The notes under the pieces: model-generated
Told to the model about the DNA's origin: nothing
The model's input: the letters and a program-made list of their open reading frames with translations, nothing else
The model's database searches: none
NCBI GenBank assembly: GCA_951406725.2
Contig: OX597833.1
Span: 73,036,001-73,100,000 of the forward strand
Source of the DNA: Octopus vulgaris
Taxonomy: Eukaryota
Direction: 5' to 3'
DNA length: 64,000 bases
Program-made: the position numbers and the translations under genes
In this document: positions 42,540-54,690 of the stretch, in pieces
Position numbering within the stretch: the first letter of the stretch is position 1
How the letters are laid out: each line of letters opens with the position of its first letter

Positions 42540-43385
42540 CCTCTCTCTCTCTTATATTAGCTTCTTTATCTCAATATGTTGCTCTTAACTACTTCTATCG
42601 ATTTTCTAACGATGCTCATTTCTGTCCTTCTCAGGACTGAAGTTTTTTTACAGTAAAATCTTCTCAGACTTGGCAGTGGGAGGGACGGATCATTGGCTGG
42701 AGGCTGTTGTTGTTATTTAACCCTAGGTAAGCCCTGATCAAGAGCAGACCTATGATCAGTGCTGTTCCAAACTGTGATCATTGTGTCATTTTGTATGTCA
42801 GTCCCTAATTTATCCAAAAGTAAATTTGGTTGCTATTTCTTGCAGATTCGGTGACCCTATAGAGGTACTCTTGTTTGTTTTGTTGGTTAGGATCAGATGA
42901 GCCCTAACTAGCTGATGTATGATGAAAGGATTTCCACTTGTGACCATCATGTCTTATTTTACTGGTGTAGGACTAGATTATCAGTGAAGCCCTTGTGTAA
43001 ATATTATTATCTTTGTTTTACGTCCACTTTCCATGCTGGCATGGGTTGGGAGGTGATACAAATTTATTTCTTTTGACCACAAAGTCTCTCATGTTGACTG
43101 AATGTTGTTGTTTAGCCCAAGGTAAGACCTGACCTATGATCAAAGACATTCTAACCATGTCCTTACTGTATTATTTGTCTGGCCTTCTCGGAATTGCTTC
43201 CAGTCATTTGGGTGCCATTTCTCCCCCTGTAATCTCTCCCTCCCTACATGCTGGGGCTGAGACTGAAACCCTGTGGGTGGGAAGCAGACTACTTAACACA
43301 GCTAGGCCCCTGATGAAAATTTGCCACCAGCCTTCAGCCTCAATTAGAGACAATTGTTAATAATAATAATAATCATAATCCTTTA

Positions 43386-43612
43386 GGGCAGCAAGCTAGC
43401 AGAATCGTTAGCATGTCAGGCGAAATGCTTTGTGCTATTTCGTCTGACATTTATGTTTTGAGTTCAAATTCCCCCGAGGTCAACTTTACCTTTCATCCTT
43501 TCGGGGTTGATTAAATAAGTACCAGTGATGCACTGGGGTCTATGTAATCGACTTGATCCCTTTGTTTGTCCCTTCTATGTTTAGCCCCAGTGGGCAATAA
43601 AGGAATAAATAA
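43386..43612 (+). mobile_element. tRNA-derived SINE family A, near full length
   Basis: ggcagcaagctagcagaatcgttagc...gagttcaaattc (B-box-like)...caactttacctttcatcctttcggggttgattaaataagtaccagt...(aat)n tail. Other + copies at about 10565-10778, 14020-14195, 26525-26720 and 43975-44145. Confidence 0.75.
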
Positions 43613-43624
43613 TAATAATCTTTT

Positions 43625-44990
43625 CCACTGTAGACACAAGGCCAGTATTTTCAGGGGAGGGAGGGGGGGGGCAAAGTTGATTACATCGACCCCAATACTT
43701 AACTGATACTTATTTTGTTGACCCTGAAAGGATGAAAGGCAAAGTCAACCCTGGCAGTATTTGAACTCAGAACGTAAAGAAAGATGGGATGCCGCTAAGC
43801 AGTTTGCCCAGCTCACCATCTTAATAATGATTAATAATAATAATAATAATTTCTTTTATTAGCCCCAGGGACATAGATGACAAGATCACAAGGACAGGCA
43901 ACAATCTGGTGATTGACATAAAGCATAATAATGATAATAATGTTTGCACACCAAATGAAAATGATTTGTGTTATTTCTTGTGAATCTTTATGTTCTGGGT
44001 TCAAATTCTGCTGGGGTTGATTTTGCCTTTCATTCTTTTGTAGTCAGTGAAATAAGCACCAGTTGAACTCTGGGGAAGATTGTAATCGACTAACACCCCC
44101 CCGCCTCCGAAATTTCAGGCCTGGTGCTTATAAGTAGAAAGGATTTATAAGAATAATAACAATAACGATAATAGTTAAATGGCCTGAGTGGAAAGGTGTG
44201 TTCTGAGCATGCACCTGTTGATTGAAGACCAACTAGGAGAAGGTACTCCCTGTTATTTTATTGTTTTTACCTGCATTTTTATGTGTCGTCCTCCTTGTTG
44301 GTTGTTAATAAAGGAAACATTGATGATAATAATTGTTTCAAAATTTGGCACAAGGTCAGTAGTTTTGAGGGGTGGGGCAAATTGATCACATTGACTCCAG
44401 TTCTTGACTGGTTTCTTTTTTCTTTTTTTCAACCCTGAAAGGACGAAGAGCAAAATTGATGTTGATGGGATTTGAACTCAGAACAAATGCCTCTCAGCAT
44501 ACAAAACAATTCTGCCAACTCACTGCCTTAATAAGAATGGTTTCAAATTTTGGCACAAAGCCAGCAATTTTGGGAGAAGGGATGAGTCAATCACATCAGC
44601 CCCAGTACACAACTGGTACTTTTTCTGTTGACCTTGAAAGGATGAAAGGCAAAGTCGACCTTGGTGGGAATTGAACTCAGGACATAAAGACAGACAAAAT
44701 GCCACCAAGCAATTTTCTTTGAAGGCTAATGATTCTGCTAGTTCACTACCTTAACTGCTTTAATTAAGAAGAATTATTCGCAATTTCAGCCCAAGAGGCA
44801 GCAACTTTGAGGGGAGGACATTAGTTGAACTCATTGCCCCCCCCCCCCCAACTACTTGGCTCATATTTTCTTTTATTGGCCCCCACCTCCACCAATTTCC
44901 CCAGAAGGATGGAAAGCAAAGTTGACCTCAGTGGGATACGAATTCAGAATGGATTTAGCCAGAATCTGTAGCACAAAGCATTGATTCTGT
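43625..44990. mobile_element. Cluster of SINE family A copies, mostly minus strand (43625-43822, 44335-44530, 44540-44752, 44780-44990)
   Basis: Reverse-complement core ccctgaaaggatgaaaggcaaagtcgacc...tttgaactcag is repeated. Another minus copy lies at about 38295-38500. Confidence 0.7.
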
Positions 44991-47850
44991 CCCTTTGTGG
45001 CCTTCAGTAATGATGAGGATGATGATGATGATGATAGTTTACAAAGAGGATGTCTAACAGGCCATAGGCAAAGTGATATCTCACTGTGTGTGTGTGTGTG
45101 TGTGTGTGGCACCTGACAGATTTATAGCAGATTTATGGGCAAAATGTTTAATGATTGTTGTGGGGTGAGGGGTGGAGAATAATTAGCACAAAAAAAATCT
45201 GAAAATAAAAATTAACAAATACAAAAACAAGAGAAAAGGGCAAATATTTACTTACTGTGGGGGAATTCCTTCCAATTTCTCTCTGTTTGTCTGTCTATCA
45301 TTCTATCTTTCACTTCTTCTGTGACTTCTTTATTATTCTTTGGCAGAAAGAAAGTAGTGGAAGTTTGAAAAATGGTAAAGTCTTTGGTATCGACTGTTCA
45401 ATTAGTTGTTTACCACAAATCATAGTTTTCCTTGTTGTTCCTTCAAACATTTCCATAGAAATTCTTCAAGTTTATTCAGTTCATATATAGGAGGGCGGGG
45501 ACAGGGGAGCAGTAATTTTTTTTTTTAACTTTCAAAAATTGTACAGCCATCATCATCATCATTGTTTTTGTCCACCCCCTCCACTCCCCAGCTAAGTGTG
45601 TGTGTGTCTGTGTGTCCATCTCACAAAGTCTGAGATCAGGTTTCATGGACCATCATACTTATCATTCTATGTTCTCTTAAAATATGAATTTCATTCTGAT
45701 TTTGGGTCTAACTCTGAAAGTCTGCTTCTTTTTTTCTCTTTTCTTAAAAACAAAAACAAATTTCAAGTTACCATCCTTCCCTACAGTTTCCTGTATTCTT
45801 TTACCACACACACACACACACACACACACACATTCTTACACTTTCTCTCACAAACATATTTTCACACCCTTCTTTTCTTACATACACACTCTCAAATACT
45901 CAAAAATGCATATTCTTAAATATATAGCCATGTGTGTGTGTGTAAATCTGAACCTATAAGACCTGTCACTCACTTTTAGATTCATGTTACACTGAACACG
46001 TTCCCGTACACACACACACACATGCATGTGCCTGCACGCATTCATGCCTACATGTCTGGCTGTGTACTTTTACAAACAGGTTTCAATTTCTTTTAATGTA
46101 GAACTCTCTATCTATCAGTGGGTGGCAACGACTGGATTCTTTATTCAAAGATCAGTCAGTGGCAGAAGCAGTTCTCTCTCTTTTTCCCCATCATCTGCCT
46201 GTCTCTTAAAACGCGCACACACACACACAGTTACTGGTGCTTGTGGATGCTGAATGCTGAGCAGCTTCTTGTCCTTCTGCTCCGAACCACACCCAGTCAG
46301 TCAAAGCTCTCCCACCCACCACCACCACCACCACCACCACCACTACTACTACTAGAAATGTCTTGGAGTTGGCAGTCAAGCAAGCAAGCAGGAGGAAGCA
46401 GACTTATTTAACCGATGCACACACAGGAGGCCCCTAGCGTTACATCACTACAAAATTCTCTTCATTGCACAGTGAAATATACTCAACCCAAACAGTAATC
46501 CCTCTCTCTCTCTTTCTTTCTCTCTCTCTCTCTCTCCCCCTTTTCTCTCCCTGTGTGTATATATGTGTATATATATATTTTCCTCTCTCAGTCACCTATC
46601 ATTTCCCCTACCCCCCATAATATACCTCACCCACACCCTCATATATTCCCCGTGTCACACTGGGCCCTCATTTCTCTCTTTCTTTTCACAACTTCACTCA
46701 AGTCTTTCACTGCAACTTCTTTCTTCTCTTTCTTTCTTCCCATTAGCTGCTGCCTCCTTCTTCTTCTTCTTCTTCTTTTCTTTTCCCTCTCCTTTTTCTT
46801 CGAAGTAGTTTTTCGCAACTTTTTCTTATCCCATTGGACAAAACTGTTTGTTTAGAATTTGTTGAAATTGGTTAATTTTTGTAATTTTCTCAAACCTAAT
46901 CACCCCCCCCCCCCTTTGCATTGCTTCCTTCTTTTTCTTCATCTTTCTTCTCTTCGTTCTTCTATATTTTCTTCTTTCTCTTCCTTTCTTCTTTAATGTT
47001 TTTTTTCTTTTTGCTGTCATAAAATATTTGCTTAACATTTCTGGCTAATAATAGCCTCTTCCACCCATCCGCCCCCCTAACTGATCAACTCAAAGAATTG
47101 TTGACGAAACCATTTCAAATTCTTTAAGGCCTTCTTTCAGATGGTGATAACCCCACAACACACAATCCCGGCACAAACATATTTGCCTTTTGCCTTGACA
47201 CTATTTTTTTTTTTTTTTTTAATTTTAGTATTGGTTTGGAACTAATAGATCTGAATTTTGGGACCAAATCTGGGGCCAAATTTGGGGCTCTGGCTGTAAA
47301 TTATACCTTTATTTATTCCTTTATCTTGTTCAGATTTCATGGATGTATATTCTGTGTAAATGACAGCAAAAAATATCTTGTCTCTAAACCCTTCTCCTTC
47401 ACCTCAAGGGATAAACGGTCAATTTGAATGGCGAAAAGTGCAAGATCAGTCATTAGTCTTTACTCATGCTTGACTGTGATTGCCCTCCCTGCAACCAGCT
47501 ACATCACAGGACTTTTTGTGTTAAGCATTCAGTGTCTTCAGTGACACTTCACTGAGGTCCTACATCCAAATATACATTTAAGGGGAACGAGAGAGAGAGA
47601 GATCAAAGGGGTTTCTTTCTCTGTCCACCCCACCACCATGCCCCCTAAATCCACCTGAGATTCTGGATTTAATGAGACTCATTGCTGGCTCTGGATGGTT
47701 AGGCATCATAAACCCTGCACATCTTCACTTGGCAGCCACCGCATCTTTACCCTTCTTTCATAACATCCCTGTATTTTTATTCCTCACGTCTCGTTGGGGG
47801 GTAAAAAAAAGGACAGAAGCAGAAAAACCTAAAAAAGAAAAGTTTGCAAA

Positions 47851-47908
47851 ATGACGCTTATTGATATGTACCATACTTTGGTGGAGAAATATGAAGATTT
47901 GGATTCAG
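47851..47908 (+). CDS. Candidate alternative first coding exon (MTLIDMYHTLVEKYEDLDS-G), phase-1 donor
   Basis: ATG in aaaATG context at 47851, donor tcag|gtaaga at 47908/47909. 58 nt = 19 codons + 1, the same phase as exon 4601-4814. Sits at the end of about 3 kb with no recognisable SINE/LINE copies. Carries two YxxL motifs (YHTL, YEDL). Confidence 0.5.
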
Positions 47909-48099
47909 GTAAGAGGAATGATGATTTTGTCTTTGAGTTAGCCAAAGAATTTTTTAGTGAAAATGATTTTGAGGTGATACGAAATCAGCTCCAATCCAAT
48001 CGGTCCCTAATCCAAAAGATTTACGATCATAAGCATTCCACCCATTATTAACCTGTCGTTTATTCAAATACAATTCTTTTGATTTTAAGATGATAAAGT

Positions 48100-48560
48100 G
48101 TCACTGGAAAGAAATCTGGCTGCTATTTCTAGCTGGTGGAGTAATTACATAGGCAATCCCTCATTTGTTTGTGTCCTTGATTTGTTTAGCTACAGATCAG
48201 CTATGACCAAAGGCATTCCATTGAGGCCCACCCTGTCTTGTTCAACACCCAGGACTGCTTTATGCAAATTGTCCTTCCAGTTTGAAGATGCAAGGATAAG
48301 TTGGAAATTTGACTGCCGTTTCTAGCAGTTTGACTGACTGCTTTGTAGTTTCCTGGGTTGTTGTTGTTGTTTAGCCCCAGGTCGACTCTGATTGGAAAGA
48401 CTTGTAATGAAAGGCAATTCAACCATGACCATCCCATCTTTTTGTACAATTATTGTACAAGTGACACTGACATTACTCTATGGATCCTTCCTTTTTTTAA
48501 AGGGTACACTCTAATTTGAGCAAGATTCGACTACTGTTTCCCAAAGGTCTACTGCCCACA
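48100..48560 (+). repeat. Tandem copies of an old ~200-bp interspersed repeat (family D)
   Basis: Consensus gttgtttagccccaggtc..ctgat..agacctatgatcaaaggcattccagc..tgaccatcc.....gatttggctgctatttctagcaggtc. Roughly 20 or more diverged copies lie across the window on both strands (e.g. 5440-5640, 12500-12920, 21130-21325, 24920-25140, 42710-42870, 53290-53490 on +; 9530-9760, 11560-12110, 13790-13990, 22900-23150 on -). Confidence 0.7.
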
Positions 48561-48800
48561 TAATAGCCCCCCCCCCCCATGCTTCCAATAGTTTAGTGAT
48601 ATTAAAGATTGGAAAAGTACCAGTTATATACCATGTCATCTCACCCTGACACCTCTATGCAAGTGGTTTTGGCAGAGGAAACGGAGAGTATTTTTGCTGT
48701 GTTTTTTTGTTGTTTTCCTAAATTCTTCTGCTTTTTAGAATAAAATATATTTTTGCGTTTTGATTTCAACTCATTGGAGAGTGTTTATCCATTTATAGTC

Positions 48801-48902
48801 TATTATACATCCTGGAGAGTATTATACATAGATTGGGTATTATACATACAGGAGCGTATTATACATCCTGGAGAGTAGCAGACATGCATTGTGTATTATA
48901 CG
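48801..48902. repeat. 18-19-bp minisatellite
   Basis: tattatacatcctggagag and variants, about 5 copies. Confidence 0.8.
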
Positions 48903-49277
48903 TTGTTATAGACACAGCAATCCTGCAAAGTGGGGCCGTACGGTTGGGACTGGGGCCGTGCCTGTAGGGTGTGTGTTTTGTTGGGGCAATGAGGGAGCTC
49001 CCCCCCTCTTCATAGTTTCTCTTCTTAAAGTCACGGCTGTCAAATGTCTCTCATATAACAACATTCGATGATGTTGACTTAGATGCACTTATATGAAGGG
49101 ATGGTTATGGCTGGAGTGCCATTGATCATGGGTTTGCTTGATCATGACTAGCCTCAGTTTTGCCAGCAATGTTAAGAATGTATCAAATAAAAAATTTCTC
49201 AGTTTGAATTACGTTTTTAACTTTTCCTATCATCTCTCTCTCCTTCTCTCTCTCTCTCTCCTTCTCTCTCTCTCTCT

Positions 49278-49317
<40 letters not shown>

Positions 49318-49521
49318 ATCTGTGGGTATGATACTGTTATTAACCACTGTTACATACATTTAATGTATCTGTGCATATTTTGCTTATACTTGACACACAC
49401 ACACACACACACCTGCCACTTTATTGTACATGTATACATAAACACATTGTATATACAATCTATGGATATACATACACTGTTCATGTGCTATGTATATACA
49501 TATACTCTATATACATACATA

Positions 49522-49601
<80 letters not shown>

Positions 49602-50289
49602 ATACAGTCTATGTATATACACTGAATATACATACATACATGCACTCTGCACATTAATTGTACACACATACAACACCATGTACACACATTTATACACATA
49701 CATTACTTGCATACATTTATGCACACACACACACACATTTTAAAATGTACGCACACATTTACCAAACTTAGATACATATACACATACACCAAATGTATAC
49801 ACATTTTTGTATATACATACAGTAAAAGCATCCTTTGTACATTACCCCTCATCTATTTGCCTGCATTTTTCCTTTCTTCCCTTTCTTCCTCCTTTCTTCC
49901 CTCCCTCTTTGGAGTCTGCATATTTGTCTTAAATGCTATACATATTTGTGGAGCCTATACACACTGGATAATATATATATGTACGTGTGTGTGTATATTT
50001 TATTTGATAGTATATAAGAAGCACTTTTTTTTTCCAAATAATTACGATGGGTCTTATGTGTAGAGTCGAGCGTCCCATGTATTTTAATGTACTAAAAACT
50101 TTTTCTTGAATACACTCTGCTGAAACTGGGGTGTGCCTAATACGCCTGGGTTTTTTTATGCCACCAAATGCATGCATGTGTGTGTGTGTGTATATACTAA
50201 ATGTAGAAAACATAGGAGAGAGAGTCTGCTTCATGTGGTCCCAACCGAGGGACCAGCTATCTGAATAGATGGTGGCTTGTTAAAGATAT

Positions 50290-51080
50290 GAAGATAGGGA
50301 AAGCTACTGAGATCCTTAAGATATCTGGCAGTGTGGAATATGACGTAGTCACCCATATGGCTAATCAGGTTGTCCACAAGGGGGTCCTACACAATGACTG
50401 GTGTAGCAGCACCATAATCAAAAACTAACAAAGTAAAGGTGATACCTTAAACAGAAATAATCATAGAGGCATCAGATTGCTGGAGCAGATGATGAAAGTC
50501 ATAGCTCAACTAATTAGAAAGTTAGTCTAGATGAGATGCAGTTTGATTTTGTGCTGGCACCAGTGGTGCTATATTTCTGGTAGGGCAGCTGCAGGAGAGG
50601 TCCTTAGCCTAAGCCAGCTGTGAGTATAGCAGTGAATTCAGTGTACAGGTAGGAGTTCACCAAAGATCAGTTTTCAGCCACATCTTGGTCATCATAGTCT
50701 GCTGGGCTATAAGAGGGCAATTTCAGATCGGCTGCCCTTGGGGGCTCCTCTATGTTCTTATAGCCGAATCACTACCACAACTAGAGAAGTTTCAGGTGTG
50801 GAAGCAAGGTCTGCAATCAAAAGGGCTTTACATGACACCTGTGAGTGATGGTCATTGGTAGTGCCATGCACATGGCACCTGTGAATTGTTGTCATGGTCA
50901 TTGTCGGTGTCATGTAAATGGTACCCATACTGGTGGCACATAAAAGCACCCATTACACTCCTTGTGTGGTTGGTGTTAGGAAGTTGGCTGGTGCAGCACT
51001 CTGGCTCATCAGCTTCAGTCAAATCATCCAACCCATGCCTGCATGGAGAATGGACACTAAGTGATGATGATGATGATAAT
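50290..51080 (+). mobile_element. RTE-clade LINE remnant: fragmented RT followed by 3' UTR with (GAT)n tail
   Basis: KGDTLNRNNHRGIRLLEQMMKV, SLDEMQFDFV..SGAIFLVGQLQER and VGVHQRSVFS...GCPWGLLY match RTE RT domains. Ends ccatgcctgcatggagaatggacactaagt(gat)n. Confidence 0.75.
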
Positions 51081-51107
51081 GATTATGATGTACATATAAA
51101 GATATTG

Positions 51108-51695
51108 TCATCATCATTGTTTAGCGTCCGTTTTCCATGCTGGCATGGGTTGGATGGTTTGACTGAGGTCTGGAGAGCCAGTGGCTGCACCATGCTCCAG
51201 TCTGATCTGGCAATGTTTCTACAGCTGGATGCCCTTCCTAATGCCAACCACTTCGAGAGTGTAGTGGGTACTTTTAACGTGCCACAGGCACAGAAGCCAG
51301 TTGGGGGTGAGGGGGCTGGCAATGACTATGTTTGGATGGTGCTTTATACGTGCCACCGGCACGGGGAGCCAGTCGGGCAGCACTAGCAATGACCAATGCA
51401 TGAAAGGTGCTTATTGCATGTCACCAGTATGTGAGCCAATCAGGCAGCACTGGCATCAACCACAACTACAATTTACATTTGGTTGTGATTTACTTGACTC
51501 AATAGGTCTCCTCAAGCAAGGCATGTTGCCCTACGATCCAAAGGTACTTTTGTTAAGTGGGCTGGTTATGCAACACTGGTGTAGGCTACAGCTGTGATCT
51601 CACTTTACTTTCCAGGTCTTCCCAGTCACAACATTTCTCCAGAGGTCTCGGTCTTTCATCATTGCCTCTGTGAGGCCCAACATTCGAAGGTCATA
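51108..51695 (-). mobile_element. RTE LINE 3' end (C-terminal codons plus 3' UTR plus (GAT)n tail)
   Basis: Minus strand DLRMLGLTEAMMKDRDLWRNVVTGKT, then a 3' UTR with ggatgcccttcctaatgccaaccac and ccatgctggcatgg, and a (CAT)n tail on the + strand. Confidence 0.75.
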
Positions 51696-51710
51696 TATAT
51701 ATATATATAT

Positions 51711-52270
51711 ACACCCTTTAAGTTTATGTGAAATGTTTTTGAGTGCACTCATAAAAAGCTCCTGTTTTATTTATTTGCTGTATCTACTTTACAAGTTGTG
51801 AAATTTGTGTTTTTGTGATCATTTGTATTCTGTAGTCTGTGAATTTTGTGATGGACAGGAAGTTGGAACAAAGAAGCCAATGTGAAATTTTGCGTTAAAC
51901 TTGGGAAGTCTGTTACAGAGACATTGAGCATGCTATGGCTATGAGGCAATGAGGCAATGGGTCATATGCAATGCTCCAAGTGGCACAGGTGCTTCAGAAT
52001 GAAAAGAAAGTCCCTGGAACATGATGAGTGATGTGGATGACCTGTCATGAGTATAACCCCAAGAAATGCATTGAGAATTTGTTCCTCCAGGGCCCGGCCA
52101 TCAATTGAAGACTTCTACTGCAACATTTTGAAGTATTTGAGGGAAGACGTTTGATGGAAACAACCAGATTTGTGGGACACAAAGAACTGGGTTCTTCACA
52201 ACAACCCTAACCCTGTCTCTGAGCTCTTCTCACTTGTGAGTTTCTCACCAAAGACAACAAATCACTTTCT
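51711..52270 (+). mobile_element. Decayed mariner transposase remnant
   Basis: From ATG 51851, frameshifted MDRKLEQR/ANVKFCVKLGKSVTETLSML...KWHRCF...SLEHDE*CG*P and EFVPPG...FYCNILKYLREDV*WKQPDLWDTKNWVLHN, matching mariner HTH and catalytic motifs. Confidence 0.8.
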
Positions 52271-52976
52271 CATCTATTCGTGTGTGTGAGTGAATGACAG
52301 GCTTTGGCACAGCCTCGCTCTAGCAAATTCCACTGACAAGGCTTCTGTAAAGGTGAGACTATAGAGTAGTAGAAGACACTTAGCCAATGTCCTTTAATGG
52401 TATTCAACGCAGAACCACAGAGTTGTGAAGACATTGGTTTGCCAACCCAACATGGAAACCACTGGTTTATTCAGTCGTATCAACCACTTATTTTATCCCT
52501 CTTTATTTGTCAAACTGCTAAGTCACAGGACATAAAGAGAAATAAACAACTTCATCTCGACTGCAAAAATTAACATCAATCCTCAAGCACTTTGTCTTCT
52601 TTTCTATACTGACATTTATTGGATTAATTAGCAAATGAATTCATATTCAATGTTACTATCCTTGCAAATGGATTGTTGGGGGTGGGACACCACATCTCAC
52701 TCCTAAGTCTCAGTTTTGGCTTGGTTTCTATAGCTGGACACTTATTGCCAAACTCTTTACTGAGTGTGCTGGGTGAATTTTATGACAACTACACTAGAGA
52801 GGTTGTCTTGGCCCCAGCAAGACCAAGTTTTCTGTATTTCTCTGTTATCTGCATTCATTTATTCCTCAATACAAGAAAGTTGTCTCATCCTGAACAGATT
52901 AAGGGGGGGGGGGGGGGTGAATAATGAAGAAAACTAGAGTGATTCGTATGAGGCATGAGAGGTGAGACAGACAGAA

Positions 52977-53014
<38 letters not shown>

Positions 53015-54314
53015 ACATGATGGCTTTTGGTAAAAAGGTTGAATGGAAAAGTGCATGGGTGGTGTGTGAGGAGTAGAGATTATGATGAAAAGGAATAGAA
53101 GGGGTGAGAGAAAGAGGGTGATAGCAATAACGAGTGCTACTATGGATGGGAATTATATGAGAAAGAGGATTGAATAGTAACAAAGGTGAAAGGGGGGGGG
53201 GCAATGAAATACGAAGAGAGGGAGAATAATTGGATGGTATTTTTAGCAGGTCAAGCTATCACATTGACACTCTCTTGTTGGTTCATGGAAGGTAGTGGTG
53301 TTGATGATTAGCCCTAGGTAATTCTTCATCAAACCTATGATCAAAGTCAATCCAGTTGTGACCATCTTTTATATATTTTCAATCATGATCTAAGGTTATG
53401 CATTTTCCAATGTATTCTTCAGAGGGTGCGAATTCATGAATATTTTTGACTTCTCTGTCTAGCAGGTCAAGAGACCACATAAAGGCTCATCTGCCCTTGT
53501 GGCTGAATTTGATCAACTTTCCATACTTTGATGGTAGTAGCACTGGTGTTTAACCCTAGGTCTAGATCAAACATGACTCCAAGCATGATTTACTCAGGAC
53601 TTCTTCATCCTGTAATGTGCTGTTTGTTTGAGAGACTTGTCCTCTATTTCTAGTCAGCCAAGTGACCACATAGAGGCTTCATGACCTGGTAGCACAATCA
53701 GACAGTCACTGATTGTGGTGGTGGTGGTGTTGCTATTGATGGAAGCAACAAGCATTGATCATCAAATCAATTCCATTGCTAAACCAAAATTTCCAATCAA
53801 AAATAAAGGAAAAAGAAAAACAGAAAAAACCAATTTACCAAATATTTACAACTTTTTCTACCAAAACCAACATTTATCAGTTCTTTCTTAGCCTTCCTCC
53901 TCCTCTTTCTCCTCCTTCCTCCTCTTTCTCTTCCCTCCTCCTCTTTCTCCTCCTTCCTTCTCTTTCTCTTCCCTCCTCCTCTTTCTCCTTCCTCCTTTTC
54001 TTTCTCCTCCCACCACTCTCTCCTCTTACCTTTTTTTAGCCGCCCACTTTCTCTTCCTATCTCTTACTTCTTTAACCCCCCCACCCTCTGCTACTCACTC
54101 TCTTCTCTCACCGTTCCTCTCCTGTTACACTCTCTTCCTATTCCTCCCTTTGCTTCCTCCTACATACCTTCTACTCTCTCCCTCCCATGACTATCTGTAT
54201 TCTGTCTCCTCCTCCCAACACCCCTATTACACTATGGTCATCACCCTAACCTCCCCTCCCAAGTCTCATAGAAGGCTTTACTCACCCAGGTCACTGATAC
54301 TCATGGTCATGCTA

Positions 54315-54690
54315 AGGCGGCAACTTGGCAGTACCATTAGGATGCCGGCCGAAATGCTTAGCAGTATTTCGTCTGCCGTTACGTTCTGAGTTCAAATTCC
54401 GCTTTTCATCCTTTCGGGGTCAATAAATTAAGTACCAGTTATGCACTGGGGTCGATATAATCGACTTAATTCGTTTGTCTGTCCTTGTTTGTCCTCTCTG
54501 TGTTTAGCCCCTTGTGGGTAGTAAAGAAATAGGCATTTCGTCTGCCGCTACGTTCTGAGTTCCAATTCCGCTGACGTCGACTTTGTCTTTCATCTGTTCG
54601 AGGTCAATAAATTAAGCACCAGTGGGTTGATCTAATCGACTGGCCTTCCTGACCCCAAAATTTCAGGCCTTGTGCCTAGAGTAGAAAAGG
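54315..54690 (+). mobile_element. SINE family A copy followed by a partial tandem copy
   Basis: ggcggcaacttggcag...atttcgtctgccgttacgttctgagttcaaattccg...; the body restarts at about 54535. Confidence 0.75.

Noticed and set aside
47909-48051. C-terminal part of the 66-aa ORF 47851-48051
   Set aside because: It lies past a consensus donor and is most simply intron read-through; no recognisable domain.
48801-48902. Repeat/spacer-like pattern resembling a CRISPR array (also the 63-bp units in LINE UTRs)
   Set aside because: Units are contiguous minisatellite copies without unique spacers, the context is eukaryotic and there are no cas genes.
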